Below, piece after piece: positions 1 through 13,564 of a DNA stretch of 64,000 nt. Source of the stretch: Lama glama (Eukaryota); assembly GCA_028534125.1 (NCBI GenBank), contig CM052816.1:90150001-90214000 (forward strand), written 5' to 3'. Under the pieces are notes generated by a model. The model saw nothing but the letters and a program-made list of their open reading frames with translations. It was not told the origin of the DNA and did no database searches. The position numbers were made by a program, and so were the translations under genes. Position 1 is the stretch's first letter, and the number at the start of each line of letters is the position of its first letter.

Positions 1-122
1 ATTTTAGGACAAGATTTCTACTAACCTGTCATCATGTAGCACACTGTTAGGGGAAACCTTAGTACAAGAGATTCCAAACTGGCACCCAGATAAAAATGAG
101 CTCCACTTCTATGTTGTGTTTG

Positions 123-226
123 TAGGGTGACCATGTGATCTGCCGCATAAATGAAGATGCTTTAGAAAATGACCATGGACATGAAACCTGACAGTCCCAG
201 GCATATGAGGATGTATGGTCATACTA
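123..226. mobile_element. hAT-Blackjack MITE (MER81/MER94-like)
   Basis: Terminal inverted repeats TAGGGTGACCAT (123) and ATGGTCATACTA (ending 226), about 100 bp apart; resembles recalled MER81/MER94 termini. Confidence 0.7.
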
Positions 227-1774
227 CCTATACGGTTTACAGTTACCAAAAAGTTGTAAAACGTCGGGGGAACACTTTTATATGAATCAGGCCTTTCAGT
301 TCACCAAAGTCCTCACCACTCCTTAGTGTTCACCTTTTTGTTACCTTCCTGATCCATATTTTATGCAAATAAAAATATGAATAGAAAACCATCCCTTTCT
401 AAGAAAAGGCTGGATATATTGTGTGCTTATGTGTGTACATGCATGTGTGATTTTTTCAATCTGTTCACATAAAATCGGTTCTCACATATAATGGATAATC
501 TTTCCTCTGCCTCGCATTACAAGGATTCTCATTCATTCTCTGCTATTACCCGAGCTCAAAATCTTTTGTTCTGCCCCAAAGAAACAGAATTCCATCTGAC
601 CATACCTTCAGTGAAGTTAATATCTTGATTTCCATTATTCGCTCTTACTGGGCATTTAAAAGCCAACAACATACCTGTTGCTGGTGAACAATCAGAACAA
701 TGTATCAGTAGATGTCTTAATACTTGGCCAAAATTTCTCCCACTTGACCTGTATTATACTTTTTAAGTGATGCCTAATTAAATACTAGCTTTATTAAATA
801 TATCCATTATAAAATAAATGGAGTATTGCTAGCAAAATAGCCAATTTAGAGCTTTAGTGGTATACGGAACTATCAAGGTTGCTATAGAACCAAAACCTGT
901 CTTTTATTTGAGGTACTTGAACATAAGCACAAAGCCACAAACAAGAGGATGAGACTGAGAATAATAAATTATGGAAATCAGAACTAATTGTGCTTTCAGG
1001 GGTTTGATAGATTATCCTCTTACACGAGGAGAGAAGAGCTGGGTTTTTGTTAGCGCAATGCTGAGATGAATTACCCATGACCTTATGTAAACTGAAAGCT
1101 TGTATTGACCTGTTGGAATGGGAAAGCCTGTAACCATGGCAACGGAGGACAAGTGAAATAGGTTTTTGCTGCAGTTATAAAAAAAAAGATGGAGAAGCCC
1201 TGGACTTTCCTCCTTCAAACTGTGATAAAGACAACCCAGGAAATAAAAACCACCATTTTTCTGCCTATGGTTTTTCCAGTCTTAAAATGCAAGTCATCAT
1301 TTGGATGGAAATTTCCACAGAGACAGACTGTGATCTGCAAATGTGGAGGAAGGGAAGTTAGGTTGTGAGGACTGGGAAAATGAAAAAGAACCAGAAAGAT
1401 GTAGAAGATCACAGGCAATGTCACTGATTTAAGAATTCATCCTTAGATGCACGTCACATGGAATTGCAGTTGAGGGTTGTATGTTTCAGAGTATCTAAAC
1501 ATGAGCCAACCAAAGGAGAAAATCATCAAGCCAATCCAAATTGCTATGCTGTATCTCTCTTTTATCTAAATAAAAGGGATAATAAGTGCAGTATATTTGT
1601 AACTATATCCAATCTTACTATGTTCTAAAATCAGTGATAAATGAATAATGATACATAAGGCTTTGAATTGTGATTCTATAAGGCTTAATAGTCAATATGA
1701 CTAATTCTCTTAATTCTTTTAAATCAGAATGTTATCATATATCTTTCAAAAATTGTTTTTAAAGCTTAGCAAAT

Positions 1775-1988
1775 TTTATTTTATTTTATTTTTATTTACT
1801 TATTTTTAATTGAAGCATAGTTGATTTACAATGGTGCATTAATTTCTGGTGTACAGCATAGTGATTCAGTTATATATATATATATATGTGTATATTCTTT
1901 TCTTTTTCATTCTAGGTTATTACAGAATGCTGAATATAGTTCCCTGGCTATGCAGTAGGTCCTTGCTGTTTATCTATTTTATATATAG
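1775..1988 (-). mobile_element. 5'-truncated artiodactyl-type L1 3' end
   Basis: T-rich tail followed by TTGAAGCATAGTTGATTTACAAT...TTTCTGGTGTACAGCATAGTGATTCAG; homologous to 13565-13726 and 39199-39300 in this window. Confidence 0.85.
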
Positions 1989-2379
1989 GAGTTTCAAAGA
2001 TTTAACCTCTTTCACCCAACACTTGGTGGCACTGCTACTTCATAAGGCAAGCCCCTGCAAATGATTCCCAAATCTTCTGTTTCAAGTCTTTGGAAAACAC
2101 CTTGTCTGTCATTCTGCAGTGTAGCGCTTCAGCTATAATGCTTTGAATATGCTACTGGAGGCATTATTTACTCTTTCATCTCTTCCACAACAATTACTAC
2201 TGCGGCAATTGGAAAAACATTATTTCTTACAAGCACTAATTTTTTTTTTATCACACTGGGTTAATGAGGATGAAAAATGGAAGAAAGACACTTTCACAGA
2301 ATAGTTATTAGGTCAATGCTTTAGAGTGTACACTTCTACATTTCTGAAATGATAGAAGTGTTCTTTGGAACACCAAGCT

Positions 2380-2557
2380 GCTGGATGTTGTATTATCTAA
2401 GATGCAGCCACTGGTCACATGTGACTATTGAACACTTGAAAATTGGCCAGTTCAATGAACCAAAAAGCTAAAATCTTCTTTAAAAATACTTTTCATTAAA
2501 TCAACTTAAATTTCAATAATTACAAGAGGTTCGAGGCTACCTTGCTGAACCTCACAG
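2380..2557. mobile_element. MER3/MER33-like hAT-Charlie MITE
   Basis: GCAGCCACTGGTCACATGTGACTATTGAACACTTGAAAATTGGCCAGT and GGCTACCTTGCTGAAC match recalled MER3 motifs. Confidence 0.7.
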
Positions 2558-4007
2558 CCTGGACCTTGCTGTGCATGGACCTATGCTGTTGGCTCAAGAG
2601 AGTTGACTAAAGGGGACAGGAAGGGATGCAAAGTATGATTAGAAAGGTGATGACGCCACCTGCTCCCCAATCATTGGGGGCAAAATTAAATTAAATTAAA
2701 TTAACCAGTCTCTAATATAATAAAACTAGCTCATTATCTTCTCCATTTCACATAGGAAGGAGTGGAGTGTTTTCTTTGGGGTAATGTATAAACTGATTAG
2801 GTTTCCTTCTAAACACTTCTCCTTTTGGTGTGGTTTTTCTTTTTTTACAGGAGTAGCAGTTAAGGGAGTAGCAGTCACTTTGAATTGTGTTGCCCTAAGG
2901 ATGGTCCCACAGGGCTTGTTATCACTCAGCCCCATTTCCAGTGTCCTGGACTAAAGGGCAGAATAAGATGTTCCAAATTAGTTTTTTTCTTTTTCTTTTT
3001 CTTACCCTATTGAATGTTACACAGTCTGAAACAATAGACTTCATGCAATGAGTTGCAACAGTGAAAGGATGTTTCTAAGATGCGACTTATCTCTTGTCTG
3101 CAGACAGGAGACCATATTTGGAAAGAAAATGAGAACGACCAGTCATTACTGTGTCCTGGACCACCCTGAGTGCTAGCACTCATTTCTCCCTTTACTTTCT
3201 TAAGTGGCTTACTCAAGTTTTATTACATTTGATTAGGTCTCCCTTACTTGAAATCAGACCCTCAGGGGAAGGGGCTGGTTTTTTTTACTTTTTTGCAATC
3301 TCTGGCCCCTAACCCCAGATATGTATGGTGACTTTTTTTCTATTGTCAGAAAAAAAGAAGGGAGTGGGAGAATTGAGATGTCACAGATAGGAGTTCCTCT
3401 GTTATAAAAGCAACGTGCCGATAACCACCTCCTAATAGTGACAATGCAATTACTCCACTGACAGTTATGGATGTGCAGAAATGACTGCCAGAATATTGCC
3501 GCAAATCTCTTTTGGGTGCTAAATTTGAACAACTGTATTGCTGTGATAAGAAATACTGTGGCATATCAAGAGTGATTCCACAGGTACGTGGTTATTTTTA
3601 AAAATTTTCTTCGTAGTTCTTGTACATGCACTTATAAAAAAATATATTTTGGAAAAGATGTGTTTTTTTTTTTTTAACTCATCTGCTTCCTGTTGCCTTC
3701 AGCTGGTCAAAATCTGTCTTCTATTCCTACGGACCATATGCCAAGACTACTCCCCCACTTCCATCCCATATGAATGTTCCTTTTTCTCCTCCACTTCCCT
3801 ATAAATAATCACTTCTGTTTATAATCCATTCCTGGTTCAAAATAGGTACATAATAGTCTTGATGATTGTTTTACATCTTCACAATTATTTCTCACACTTT
3901 CACTAATATTTTCATTGATCATTTTCTGTCTTTATTATGTCCCTGATCACATATCCTTAAAAATCACTGAATTTTAGAACAGACATAAATTTAGAGATCC
4001 ACTGATT

Positions 4008-4075
4008 AAGCACTTCTTAACCTATGATCGGTTAACCTCCTGAGAATTAAAGAAAAATTTTTGTTTGTGTGGAAG
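4008..4075. mobile_element. Left half of a MER103C-like hAT-Charlie MITE (right half at 6845-6932)
   Basis: CACTTCTTAACCT terminal motif, complementary to TTAAGAATCCTTG at the far end of the right half. Confidence 0.45.
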
Positions 4076-4079
4076 TATT

Positions 4080-4680
4080 TATCAGCCAGGGACAATTTGA
4101 CTGAAACCACACCAGCTACTTAAATGGAGAGAATTAAGGAATCATTGACTAAGTATAAAGGGGAAAAAGGAAATGCTAAGGTATCTATCATGGAGGTAGC
4201 AACTATATGAAACAAACATCAGCAGACATGCCCAGGAAACGAGAGAGCAATGGCAAAAATCTTAGAAACTTAAAGGAGGGGCCTCTGGGATGTGAAACGC
4301 AAACCTCTCAGGAGGGACTGAACTGGCGTCCCTGGATAGAAAGAACGGCAAGGCGGATTCTGCAACTGTTGGCAAAATTGCTGACTCGATTCAGCCTCTG
4401 CTATGGAAATAACTGTTGCCCTGGGGGTGAGGAAATGTAGCAGTGATGCTCACAGGAAGTACAAGCACACAGGAAGCTCATGTAAGGCAGACAGGAAGGA
4501 ACAAGTCTCTTCCTCCTCCAGCCTTGCGACCTTCCTCTCATACCTTTTACTGGCAGAGCCAAATGGAAAGACTGTTGACAGGGCAGAAATGCAATGGTCT
4601 GAGTTCCAGCTCCAGGATCAGCAAGCAGAGTGGAGAGAATGGAGTTGAAGCTGAGAGACAATGACTTAAGAATTGCCACA
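4080..4680 (-). mobile_element. ERVL solo LTR, LTR41/LTR33-like
   Basis: Reverse complement starts TGTGGCAATTCTTAAGTCATTGTCTCTCAGCTTCAACTCC, resembling the recalled LTR41 5' end. The left boundary is approximate. Confidence 0.65.
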
Positions 4681-6453
4681 CACAGCAATCAGGCAAGAGA
4701 GAGAAATAAAAGGGATCCAAATTGGAAAAGAAGAGGTAAAAGTGTCACTATATGCAGATGGCATGATACTATATATAGAAAACCCTAAAAGGTACACACA
4801 AAAACTACTAGAAATAATTGAAGAATTCAACAAGGTAGCAGGTTACAAGATTAACGTTCAAAAATCAGTTGCATTTCTTTACACTAACAATGAATCAACA
4901 GAAAAAGAAAGTAAAGAAATAATCTGCTTTAAAATAGCACCCAAAGTAATAAAATACATAGGGATAAATCTAACCAAGGAGGTGAAAGACTTATACATGG
5001 AAAACTATAAAACACTGATTAAGGAAATTAAAGAAGACTTAAAAAAATGGAAAGATATCCCATGCTCCTGGATTGGAAGAATCAATACTGTTAAAATGGT
5101 CACACTGCCCAAAGCAATCTACAGATTTAATGCAATCTCTATCAAATTACCCAGAACATATTTCACAGAACTCAAACAACTCATAATAAAATTTATATGG
5201 AACCACAAAAGACCTAGAATTGCCAAAGCATTACTGAAGAGAAAGAAAGAGGCTGGAGGAATAACTCTCCTAGACTTCAGACAATACTATAGAGCTACAG
5301 TCATCAAAACAGCATGGCATTGGTACAAAAGCAGACATATGGACTAATAGAACAGAATAGAGAGCCCAGAAATGAACCCACAAACTTTTGGTCAACTAAT
5401 CTTCGACAAAGGAGGAAAGAATATACAATGGAATAAAGACAGTCTCTTCAGCAAATGGTGTTGGGAAAACTGGACAGCAGCATGTAAATCAATGAACACT
5501 CCCTTACACCATACACAAAAATAAACTCAAAATGGATTAAACATCAGACAAGATACAAGAAACCTCTTAGAAGAAGACATAGGCAAAACATTATCTGACA
5601 TACATCTCAAAACTGTTCTCCTAGGGCAGTCTACCCAAGCAATAGAAATAAAAGCAAAAATAAACAAATGGGACCTAATTAAACTCACAAGCTTCTGCAC
5701 AGCAAAGGAAACCAGAAGTAAAAAATGACAACCTACGAAATGGGAGAAAATTTTTGCAAATGAAACCGACAAAGGCTTGATCTCCAGAATATATAGGCAG
5801 CTCATACAACTTAATAAGAAAAAAACAAACAACCCAATCCAAAAATGGGCAGAAAACCTAAACAAGCAATTCTCCAAGGAAGAAATGCAAATGATCAATA
5901 GGCACATGAAAAAATGCTCAATATCACTAATTATCAGAGAAATGCAAATCAAAGCTACAATGAGGTGTGACCTCACACCAGTCAGAATGGCCATCATTCA
6001 AAAGTCCACAAATGACAAATGCTGGAGAGGCTGTGGAGAAAAGGGAACCCTCCTACACTGCTGGTGGGAATGCAGTTTGGTGCAGCCACTGTGGAAAACA
6101 GTAATGGAGTTTCCTCAAAAGACTAGGAATAGACTTACTTTATGACCCAGGAGTTCCACTTCTGGGCATATATCCAAGGAACCCTACTTCAAAAAGACAG
6201 CTGCACCCCAATGTTCATAGCAGCACTATTTACAATAGCCAAGACATGGAAACACCCTAAATGTCCATCAACAGATGACTGGATAAAGAAGCTGTGGTAT
6301 ATTTACACAATGGAATACTATTCAGCCATAAATGCTGACAATATAATGCCATTTGCAGCAACATGGATGCTCCTGGATTACGTCATTCTAAGTGAAGTAA
6401 GCCAGAAAGAGATAGAAAAATACCATATGAGATTGCTCATATGTGGAATCTAA
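4681..6453 (+). pseudogene. Disabled L1 ORF2 (RT C-terminal part to Cys-rich domain)
   Basis: ORFs 4673-5347, 5777-6145 and 6142-6453 are consecutive ORF2 segments. The RT motif reads YADG instead of YADD, tandem stops TAA TAG lie at 5345-5350, and frameshifts follow. Confidence 0.92.
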
Positions 6454-6831
6454 AAAAACAAAAACAACAACAACAAAAACAAAAAAACATAAATGCAAAA
6501 CAGAAACAGACTCATAGACATAGAATACAAACTTGTGGTTGCCAAAGGGGCAAGGGGTGGGAAGGGACAGACTGGGATTTCAAAATTTGTAGATACTGAC
6601 AAGCATATGCAGAATAGATAAACAAGATTATACTGTATAGCACAGGGAAATACATACAAGATCTTGTGGAAGCTCACAGTGAAAAAAAAATGTGACAATG
6701 AATATATGTATGTTCATGTATAACCGGAAAATTGTGCTGTACACTGGAATTTGACACAACACTGTAAAATGACTATAACTCAATAAAAAAGTTTAAAAAA
6801 AACAATAAATTTTTAAATAATAGAAAGTAAA
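4681..6831 (+). mobile_element. Relatively young 5'-truncated L1 (ORF2 3' half, 3' UTR, A-rich tail)
   Basis: ORF2 peptides ([50 protein letters not shown]); AATAAA at 6782; A-rich tail; degenerate TSD AAGAATTGCCACA (4668-4680) / AAAAATTACCACA (6832-6844). Confidence 0.95.
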
Positions 6832-6844
6832 AAAAATTACCACA

Positions 6845-6932
6845 GACTGTAGATATTTATATGGGATAGAGAATCTATATTTTTATTAACTTCTCAAAGA
6901 GATATGTAACCTTCAAATAATTAAGAATCCTT
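6845..6932. mobile_element. Right half of the MER103C-like MITE
   Basis: GGGATAGAGAATCTATATTTTTATTAACTTCTCAAAGAGATATGTAACC...TTAAGAATCCTTG resembles the recalled MER103C end. Confidence 0.55.
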
Positions 6933-9278
6933 GAGTAGTCAGAAAAGATCAAAGACCTTCACGACAGCACACCTGATGTCCTTTCCATTATTTCACACCG
7001 CGTTTCCATTCCTTGCTTAGGTAGGTGCTCAAACAAGATGGCATCCTGATGGAAATTTCAAAACATCATTAGTGCTCAGAACACATTAGGTATTAGGATG
7101 TGGTAACCAAAACACAAGATAAACACATATCCCAAAAAACCTTGCTTACAACCTATTTGATGTCTATGAACACAGGAAGTTTTACAAATTTCCAAAAGGT
7201 CAAGTTATCACTTTTAAACACAACAAAGACTACAACTTGTTTTTTATATTCAAACCATATTATTGTGTTCATAAACTGAAAATATATTGAACATACGAAT
7301 TATTTAACGTAGTTTGACCTAATAGAGTGAATTTTAAATTAGTAATTAAATAGTGCTCTGTTTTTCTTACCCAACAATGCCTAAAACAGTTCCTTTGGGA
7401 TGCGTCTTGTTACAGACACATACACAGCTGTTTGGGTATGTTGGAAACTCAGAGGCAGATCAGAGGAGAGGAAAAAAAGTCAAGAAAAGAGTCAGGGTTA
7501 GGACTGTTCAACTGTTTACGTCATGATAACCAATACATCAAAATAATGTCCTAGAATGTGTGGACTTTACCTTGGACTTGATATTTAAATGAATCCAGTA
7601 AATTCTGTGACATTCAAGTGGAAACAAGATACTGTAGAGTGTTAAACAGACCTTCCTAGAAGTAGAGATGCTTAAGTTAAGTTGAAAATGCTGTTTTATT
7701 CTGGTATCCCATAATTTTAGGAATAAAATAGATGCTGAGAATTCTGGGAATAAGGTTGTCATTAAGGAGATTACTGGAAAGAGTTAGAAAGTCTATCTGG
7801 ACATAAGCAAATGGATTTCTCATACTAAGAGGTCTCTTGTCTCAAAAAGGAACTATAGAGTAAGGAGATAACTCAACCGGAAGTATCGTCACATGGACCA
7901 AAATAATGCCGGGGGATTAAAGCAGAAGACTGAAGCTTTGCCTCTGTTCAGCTTCGCAGAGCACTGGGTATGGATTTTGGCACAGCAAGATTAACCTATC
8001 TATCGCTGGTGTGAAAGGGGCTTCCAAGACACCACTGAGCCTTGTTTACAGACTGCATCCACTGGTGACATTGAACAGAAGTGGAGGAGGAAGGGAATGA
8101 TAGTCAAAACCCCAGATCCTTGGGAAAATAATAGTTAGACTGATAGATATGACGGTAAAAAGGAGCATGTTTTTTAACTGACTTGAGGGGTGAAATCCCT
8201 CAGTGGTTACAATTAGAGTATTACCTGGTTTGGCTGCATTAAGTAAGCTTCTCTGATAACATTTCCTTACCACACAGGCAAAGAAATTCTCCATAGATTT
8301 CTTTTCAGCTTTTATGTCTGAACCTTAGATGTTCTTCGTATTACAGATACAGTGCATATTTTGTTTGCTATGGCAATCTCATTTACAAGATTATAAAAGG
8401 CCCCAGGGCATGGCATATGCTTCCTTCATCTTGGAATCCTGACTCCCTGGCACCCAGCCTGGCATGCAGCAGGCATCCATACAGTTGAGTGGATTTGCTG
8501 AATTTCAATCTGCTTGTAAAACAGAATCAATTGAATCAAACAAGTGAAAATGTCCACTTGATCGCAGTGATTTCGGATCACTCTAAGACAACAGGTAAAA
8601 TTCAACAGCTGCTGTATTTCAAGGTTTGAAAGGACCTGAAAAGTCATCTATTTTACCAGCCTTTGAAATCCTGAATCCTATTTCTTCATATATATGTATG
8701 TGTGTAATATATGTGTACATACACATTTTACACACATACATATATATGCATTTAATTTTACATTTTGAAGTGATGGTTTCCTGAAGTTTCAAAAATTTGT
8801 TTTATTTATCTGTTTAACACAGAAGGCTTGTACTCAAATTCATGTTTAAGAAGTCACAAAAAGTGAAAAGAAGCATTAATACTCATCAGGCTTCAAGCAA
8901 ATCTCATAAATATCTAATTGCTTTTAGGGAAAGAGCAACAGTTAATACAGACTATTTATTGGACTCTCAACCTCATATCTGATGCAACTTTTTATCCTCT
9001 CTACCCATTTGTAAATACTGTTGACCACAGTATTACTGAAGATCCAATAAATGGATGAGTGACAGAATAACATATTAATAAAAATGGTGCTTTAAAAATA
9101 AAATGCCAAATAAACAAATAAAAATATATGTAAACAGCAGTCACAAGTTTGTCATTTATTTAACTTTAACTTTTCAAAAAAGGAAAAATTGGAAATTTTA
9201 ACTACGAGTTGATGGTTCCTTTTAAAAAATGCTTTGCTTGACAATCCGCCTTATGAGTTATTGCCTGTTCAACAACTA

Positions 9279-10460
9279 ATCATTCATTCAAGAAATATTG
9301 ATTTGACCATCTGCCAGGCAATTTTCTAGGCTCTAAGAATAAGGTGACAAATAAAGACTAGTGAGGTCCCTGCACTCCTTGAGCTTACATTTTAATGTAG
9401 AAAATAAACAACAAATGTTAGTTTCATATACAGTAAGCTTCACATGAATTAAGTTCTGAAAATTATAGGCACTATAAAGGAAGTATATAAGAGGCTATAA
9501 TACTGGGCTTGTGCGACTCTAGACCCAGAGAGCAGCAAGAGATCTGAGGTAGGAAAGGATTGGGACTGTTTGAAAAGCCAGGGTATGACCCAAGCTGAGA
9601 GCGAAACATGGTGATGCTATGAGGTGAAGGTTGAGGGAGACTGAACAGAGCCTGGTAGGCATTTAAATGGGCTTTGAATTTATTCTAATGGGAAACTAAT
9701 GGAGACTTTTAAGCAGGAAAAAAAAAAGACACTATCTGATGGATGTTTAAAAGCACAACTGGAGACATTTTGTGAAGAATTACAGGAGGACTGGAGTGGA
9801 TCTAAAGAGACTGCATAGATGGCTATTTCAGAAGTCCTGGTGAAAGATAATCTGGCTTTCAGTAACGTCCTGGAAATGGGGATAGACGCACTTAGTGGAA
9901 TTAAGATGTATTTTGGAAGTAAAACTAAGAAATGGTTAATCAGTATGGACTTTAAAAAATGAGGAATCAAGGGTAATTCCTGCATGTTAACTTGAGCGTC
10001 TGGGTAAGATGATGATTAATGTGAGATAAGTAGGTTTAGGTATTGGTAAAACAAAATGGAGACACAACGTAAGAAGTCGGACATTAAAGTCAGAAGTACC
10101 AAAGTCTGAGCTGAGACACATATTTTAAAATGTTTAGTGTATAGAAGAATGGGCAAGAAGGTAGATATAAAAGAATATGTGATCCTAGACCCAGTGCCAG
10201 CAATTTCAACCCTTAGAAGCCAAGTAACATAAGATGCACCATTGCAGGACTTTGAGAAAGGAGAGGATCATTAAATTAGCAGATAAAACAAGGATCTATC
10301 TAACAACTTCAGAGGGTAGAGTGCTTTAAGAAAAATACAGGTTGAGATAAGGATGAGATCACATCATAGGAGGAATTGGGACCACTGAGGTCAAGTGACC
10401 ATCTGATGGGGCAATAAGAATAGAGGCTAGAACTTGTGGGCTGAAACGTGGATGAGAAAT
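9279..10460 (-). mobile_element. L2 3' region
   Basis: TCATTCATTCAAGAAATATTGATT...TGCCAGGC...GGTCCCTGCACTCCTTGAGCTTACATT is the reverse L2 3' end, followed by purine-rich L2 body. Confidence 0.75.
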
Positions 10461-12879
10461 AAAAAAATAGAGAGAGTGAGTATAAAAAACTTTCCTAAAA
10501 AAAACCTTGATGCACATGAAGTGAAATTGTACAGGAGTTGGAGTGCACACTACCAAAAGGAGTACAAATTCATTATCCAGCCCAAAGTTCTCCAGTGACT
10601 ACAATGCTTATAGCTCACTCACATTTCACCTCCAAATTATATTTTTCAATATTTCTTCACCCTGTTCTCTACAGGGCCCCAAAAACTGTGTCAGGCATTT
10701 TTCTGCTTCTGTGTCTACTTTAATTACCTAGTTTCACTTCTGGCTCTGTATCTTAAAAAACTCTCCTACCTCCTATTTGCCTATCCTCCTCCAAAACAAT
10801 GCTCACCTTCCATTCATCACTGAATGCTTCCCTGTGATTCCAGTCAGCAGTGAATGTCTCAAAGCCTTGACAATTTGTTGCCTGTTCATTCTAGAGGTTA
10901 AAGACCAAGACAGAACCGTGACCATGTTTCCAGGAATCTCCAAATCCTACACTGCCAAAAACAGAGAGAAAGAAGGAGATAATGAGAGAGGACTGGCCTT
11001 ACTGGGGAGATTCAAACTTGTTTTGCTACTCAGAGGAGGTAAAAAACAGAAAGAGAGACACCAATTTTTAGATATCTTTGTGGTATGGGGAGCAGAAAAT
11101 GTGAGAAGTCATATACAGGAAAAAAACGCAGGAGAATAGAGACTCTATATTCCTTGGAGCACAGAAATAGATTATTTCTACTTGCAATTTCTTTCAAATC
11201 CATTTGTGCATCTCTGGCTAAGAATGTTAGCAAGTCCTTCTCTCTTACCAAACAGTCAAGTCACAGTGAGACTGACATGAAAGAAGAAAGAAACATTCCC
11301 TTTTCTTGGCCTTTCTTTGGAATTCACTAACAGGTCTTGAGGCAACTCATTTAATACAATTTAGCTTCCATGTATTAAACTTTTCCTGAAAACAATATAA
11401 ACTTATTATAAGCAAGAAACTATTATGTCTGCCTGAGTAGGTACTTTTGCTTGTGTGTTTTTATTTCTGTAGGGTTCTGTAAATTGAGTACTGGTGAGAT
11501 TCATAAACAGATGTTAAAATTATAAATTTAATCACTATGATTGTCAACCAAAAACACACTTATTGGTAGGAATAATTTTCACTATATCATTGGAGGACTT
11601 CATACTATATAAAATCAGAAGCCATACCATTATAGTGCAATTTTCCCTGAAATTCCTTGAGAAGCAAGTTACTCAAGCATCCTTTATTTCTGTGATTGAG
11701 TAACTCGGTCAGTCAGTATAAATGCATGAATTAATGGATAGATGAGTTGAAATTCTCCCTGAAGTAGTTTGAATCTCCTGAGACAGAATTTTTTTTAAAA
11801 AATGAACTATTCTCATATCTTCCTCACCAGTGTTCACCACCTCTCTTGGTGGATAATTTTATCTAGCTGACATAAGAGTGGATAATTAAGAGTAGTGGTT
11901 ATAGTTAATATAATAACTGAACACATTTAAAAATGAGATTTAGAAAAGCTTTTCCCGAATTATAATTTCTAGAGATGTGAAGTGTTCCATGGGGGAAAAA
12001 AAGCTTCAAAAAACACACTTGTTAATAGATTTCCAATGTACATTACAATTGCAGGTAATACGAGAAGAAATAAAGTTAGAAGCATTGAGTTAGAAGAATC
12101 TCTTCTACTGAATTTTAGACAAGGTCTACTTTCTCATTCTAAGCATGATGCCTTTGCCATGTTATTCTCTGCATCTGGTCCCTCATCTCACTCTCTCTGG
12201 TTTTGAAGATCAGTTAGACTGTATCAGTGACTTAACACCATAACTCTCCTGCCAGAGGAAGTGACTTTCCAGGGCATCTGTCCTTCCTGCAGCATTTCAC
12301 GCTAGTAACCACCATGCAATCCAACTAATATTCTCTTGCCGCTAGGTCAGTTGACCATTGAGACCTCCATTTTCGCCATGACATTGGAGAATTGCTTGAG
12401 GACTTTCAACTGCCTTAGCTTAGAAGAACCATGCATTCCTACTTCTTCTCACTTTGGCCAGAATTAATCATGTCTCTATACCTAACTTCAAGTATCCTGG
12501 AAGTATATTTTCTCTTTCTTTCTTTTCTATGGCCAACAAGGAAGGGAGAACCAGATATTTGTGGAACTAGAAATGTCTACTACACTCTATACAAATTTTA
12601 CCCATGTTTCTGTGATTGTCACCCATATGTGCAACTTACAAAGTGACTATTCCAGAAGCATCCTTGCCACAATGAAATGCATTTTCAACCACTGTTGTAG
12701 AACTAATTGCATTCGTCTCCTCTAATTGAGGATCAAACTATCAGATCTCACATGTTTAGTATTTTGATTGCTGCCCTAAAGTTATCCTCTCCATTCATCC
12801 GTCATCACTCCCAATGCTACCCTCTTTTGGTAGCATATACTCCCAGATTAAAGTCAGTCTTTCAATTTTGGGGGACAGA

Positions 12880-13085
12880 TGGCCTTGCAGCTCAGAATCT
12901 GAAGTAATACAGAGTGATTTTAAATACTGGCAACAATGTTTACTAGATAGGTGACCTTGGGAAAGTTATTCAACATTTTAGTGCTTTGAGTTCCTCACTT
13001 GTAAAATAGAGACAATCCTGGCTTCTACCTTGTTGGATAATTATGATAATCAAATCAGAAAATAAATGCAAATGGTAACTATTAC
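12880..13085 (+). mobile_element. MIR SINE
   Basis: MIR core GTGACCTTGGGAAAGTTATTCAAC...GTTCCTCACTTGTAAAATAGAGACAAT. Confidence 0.75.
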
Positions 13086-13564
13086 TAGTAAAGGTCCTTA
13101 TATCTTTGATCCCATCTTATTTGCACCATTTTTGTATGCTAACTGAAAACTGACTTTTACTGTATGAATCTGAATTTTCTGTTTGATTTGTTTTCTTCCA
13201 TGGTCTTTAATGCCACAAGGATAGAAAATGTGGAAACTGTTCTCCTTGCTCTCAGTTACCTCTTTTAAACTATTTCTTCCTCTTTGTTCTCCCCTAGGGC
13301 AACAACAACAAAAAATCTCTGTCTCTTTGAGACAAATGCTTTCAAGAATACTATCCTTCTTCCTTAATTCTACTATATACCAACACCCTCGGCACCTCTG
13401 TGTTTTAAAAACTCTATCTCCTGACTCCTAATGTTTCTTGGTGGGTCCAAAATCCTTGCGGATGTCTCTTTATTATGTACCTCTTCTCCATCCTGGAGGT
13501 CAAGTCATTTTTACTTCCACTCACTTCCAGATTCTACTTCCATGATTATAATTTATACACTTTT

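Noticed and set aside
2652..2668. CTCF-like motif (minus strand GGGGAGCAGGTGGCGTC)
   Set aside because: Lacks the CC at the 5' end of the core; partial match only.
4207..4688. Cluster of overlapping ORFs
   Set aside because: Lies within an ERVL LTR; no protein homology recognised.
5527..5997. 156-aa hydrophobic minus-strand ORF
   Set aside because: Antisense reading of L1 ORF2, a common artefact.
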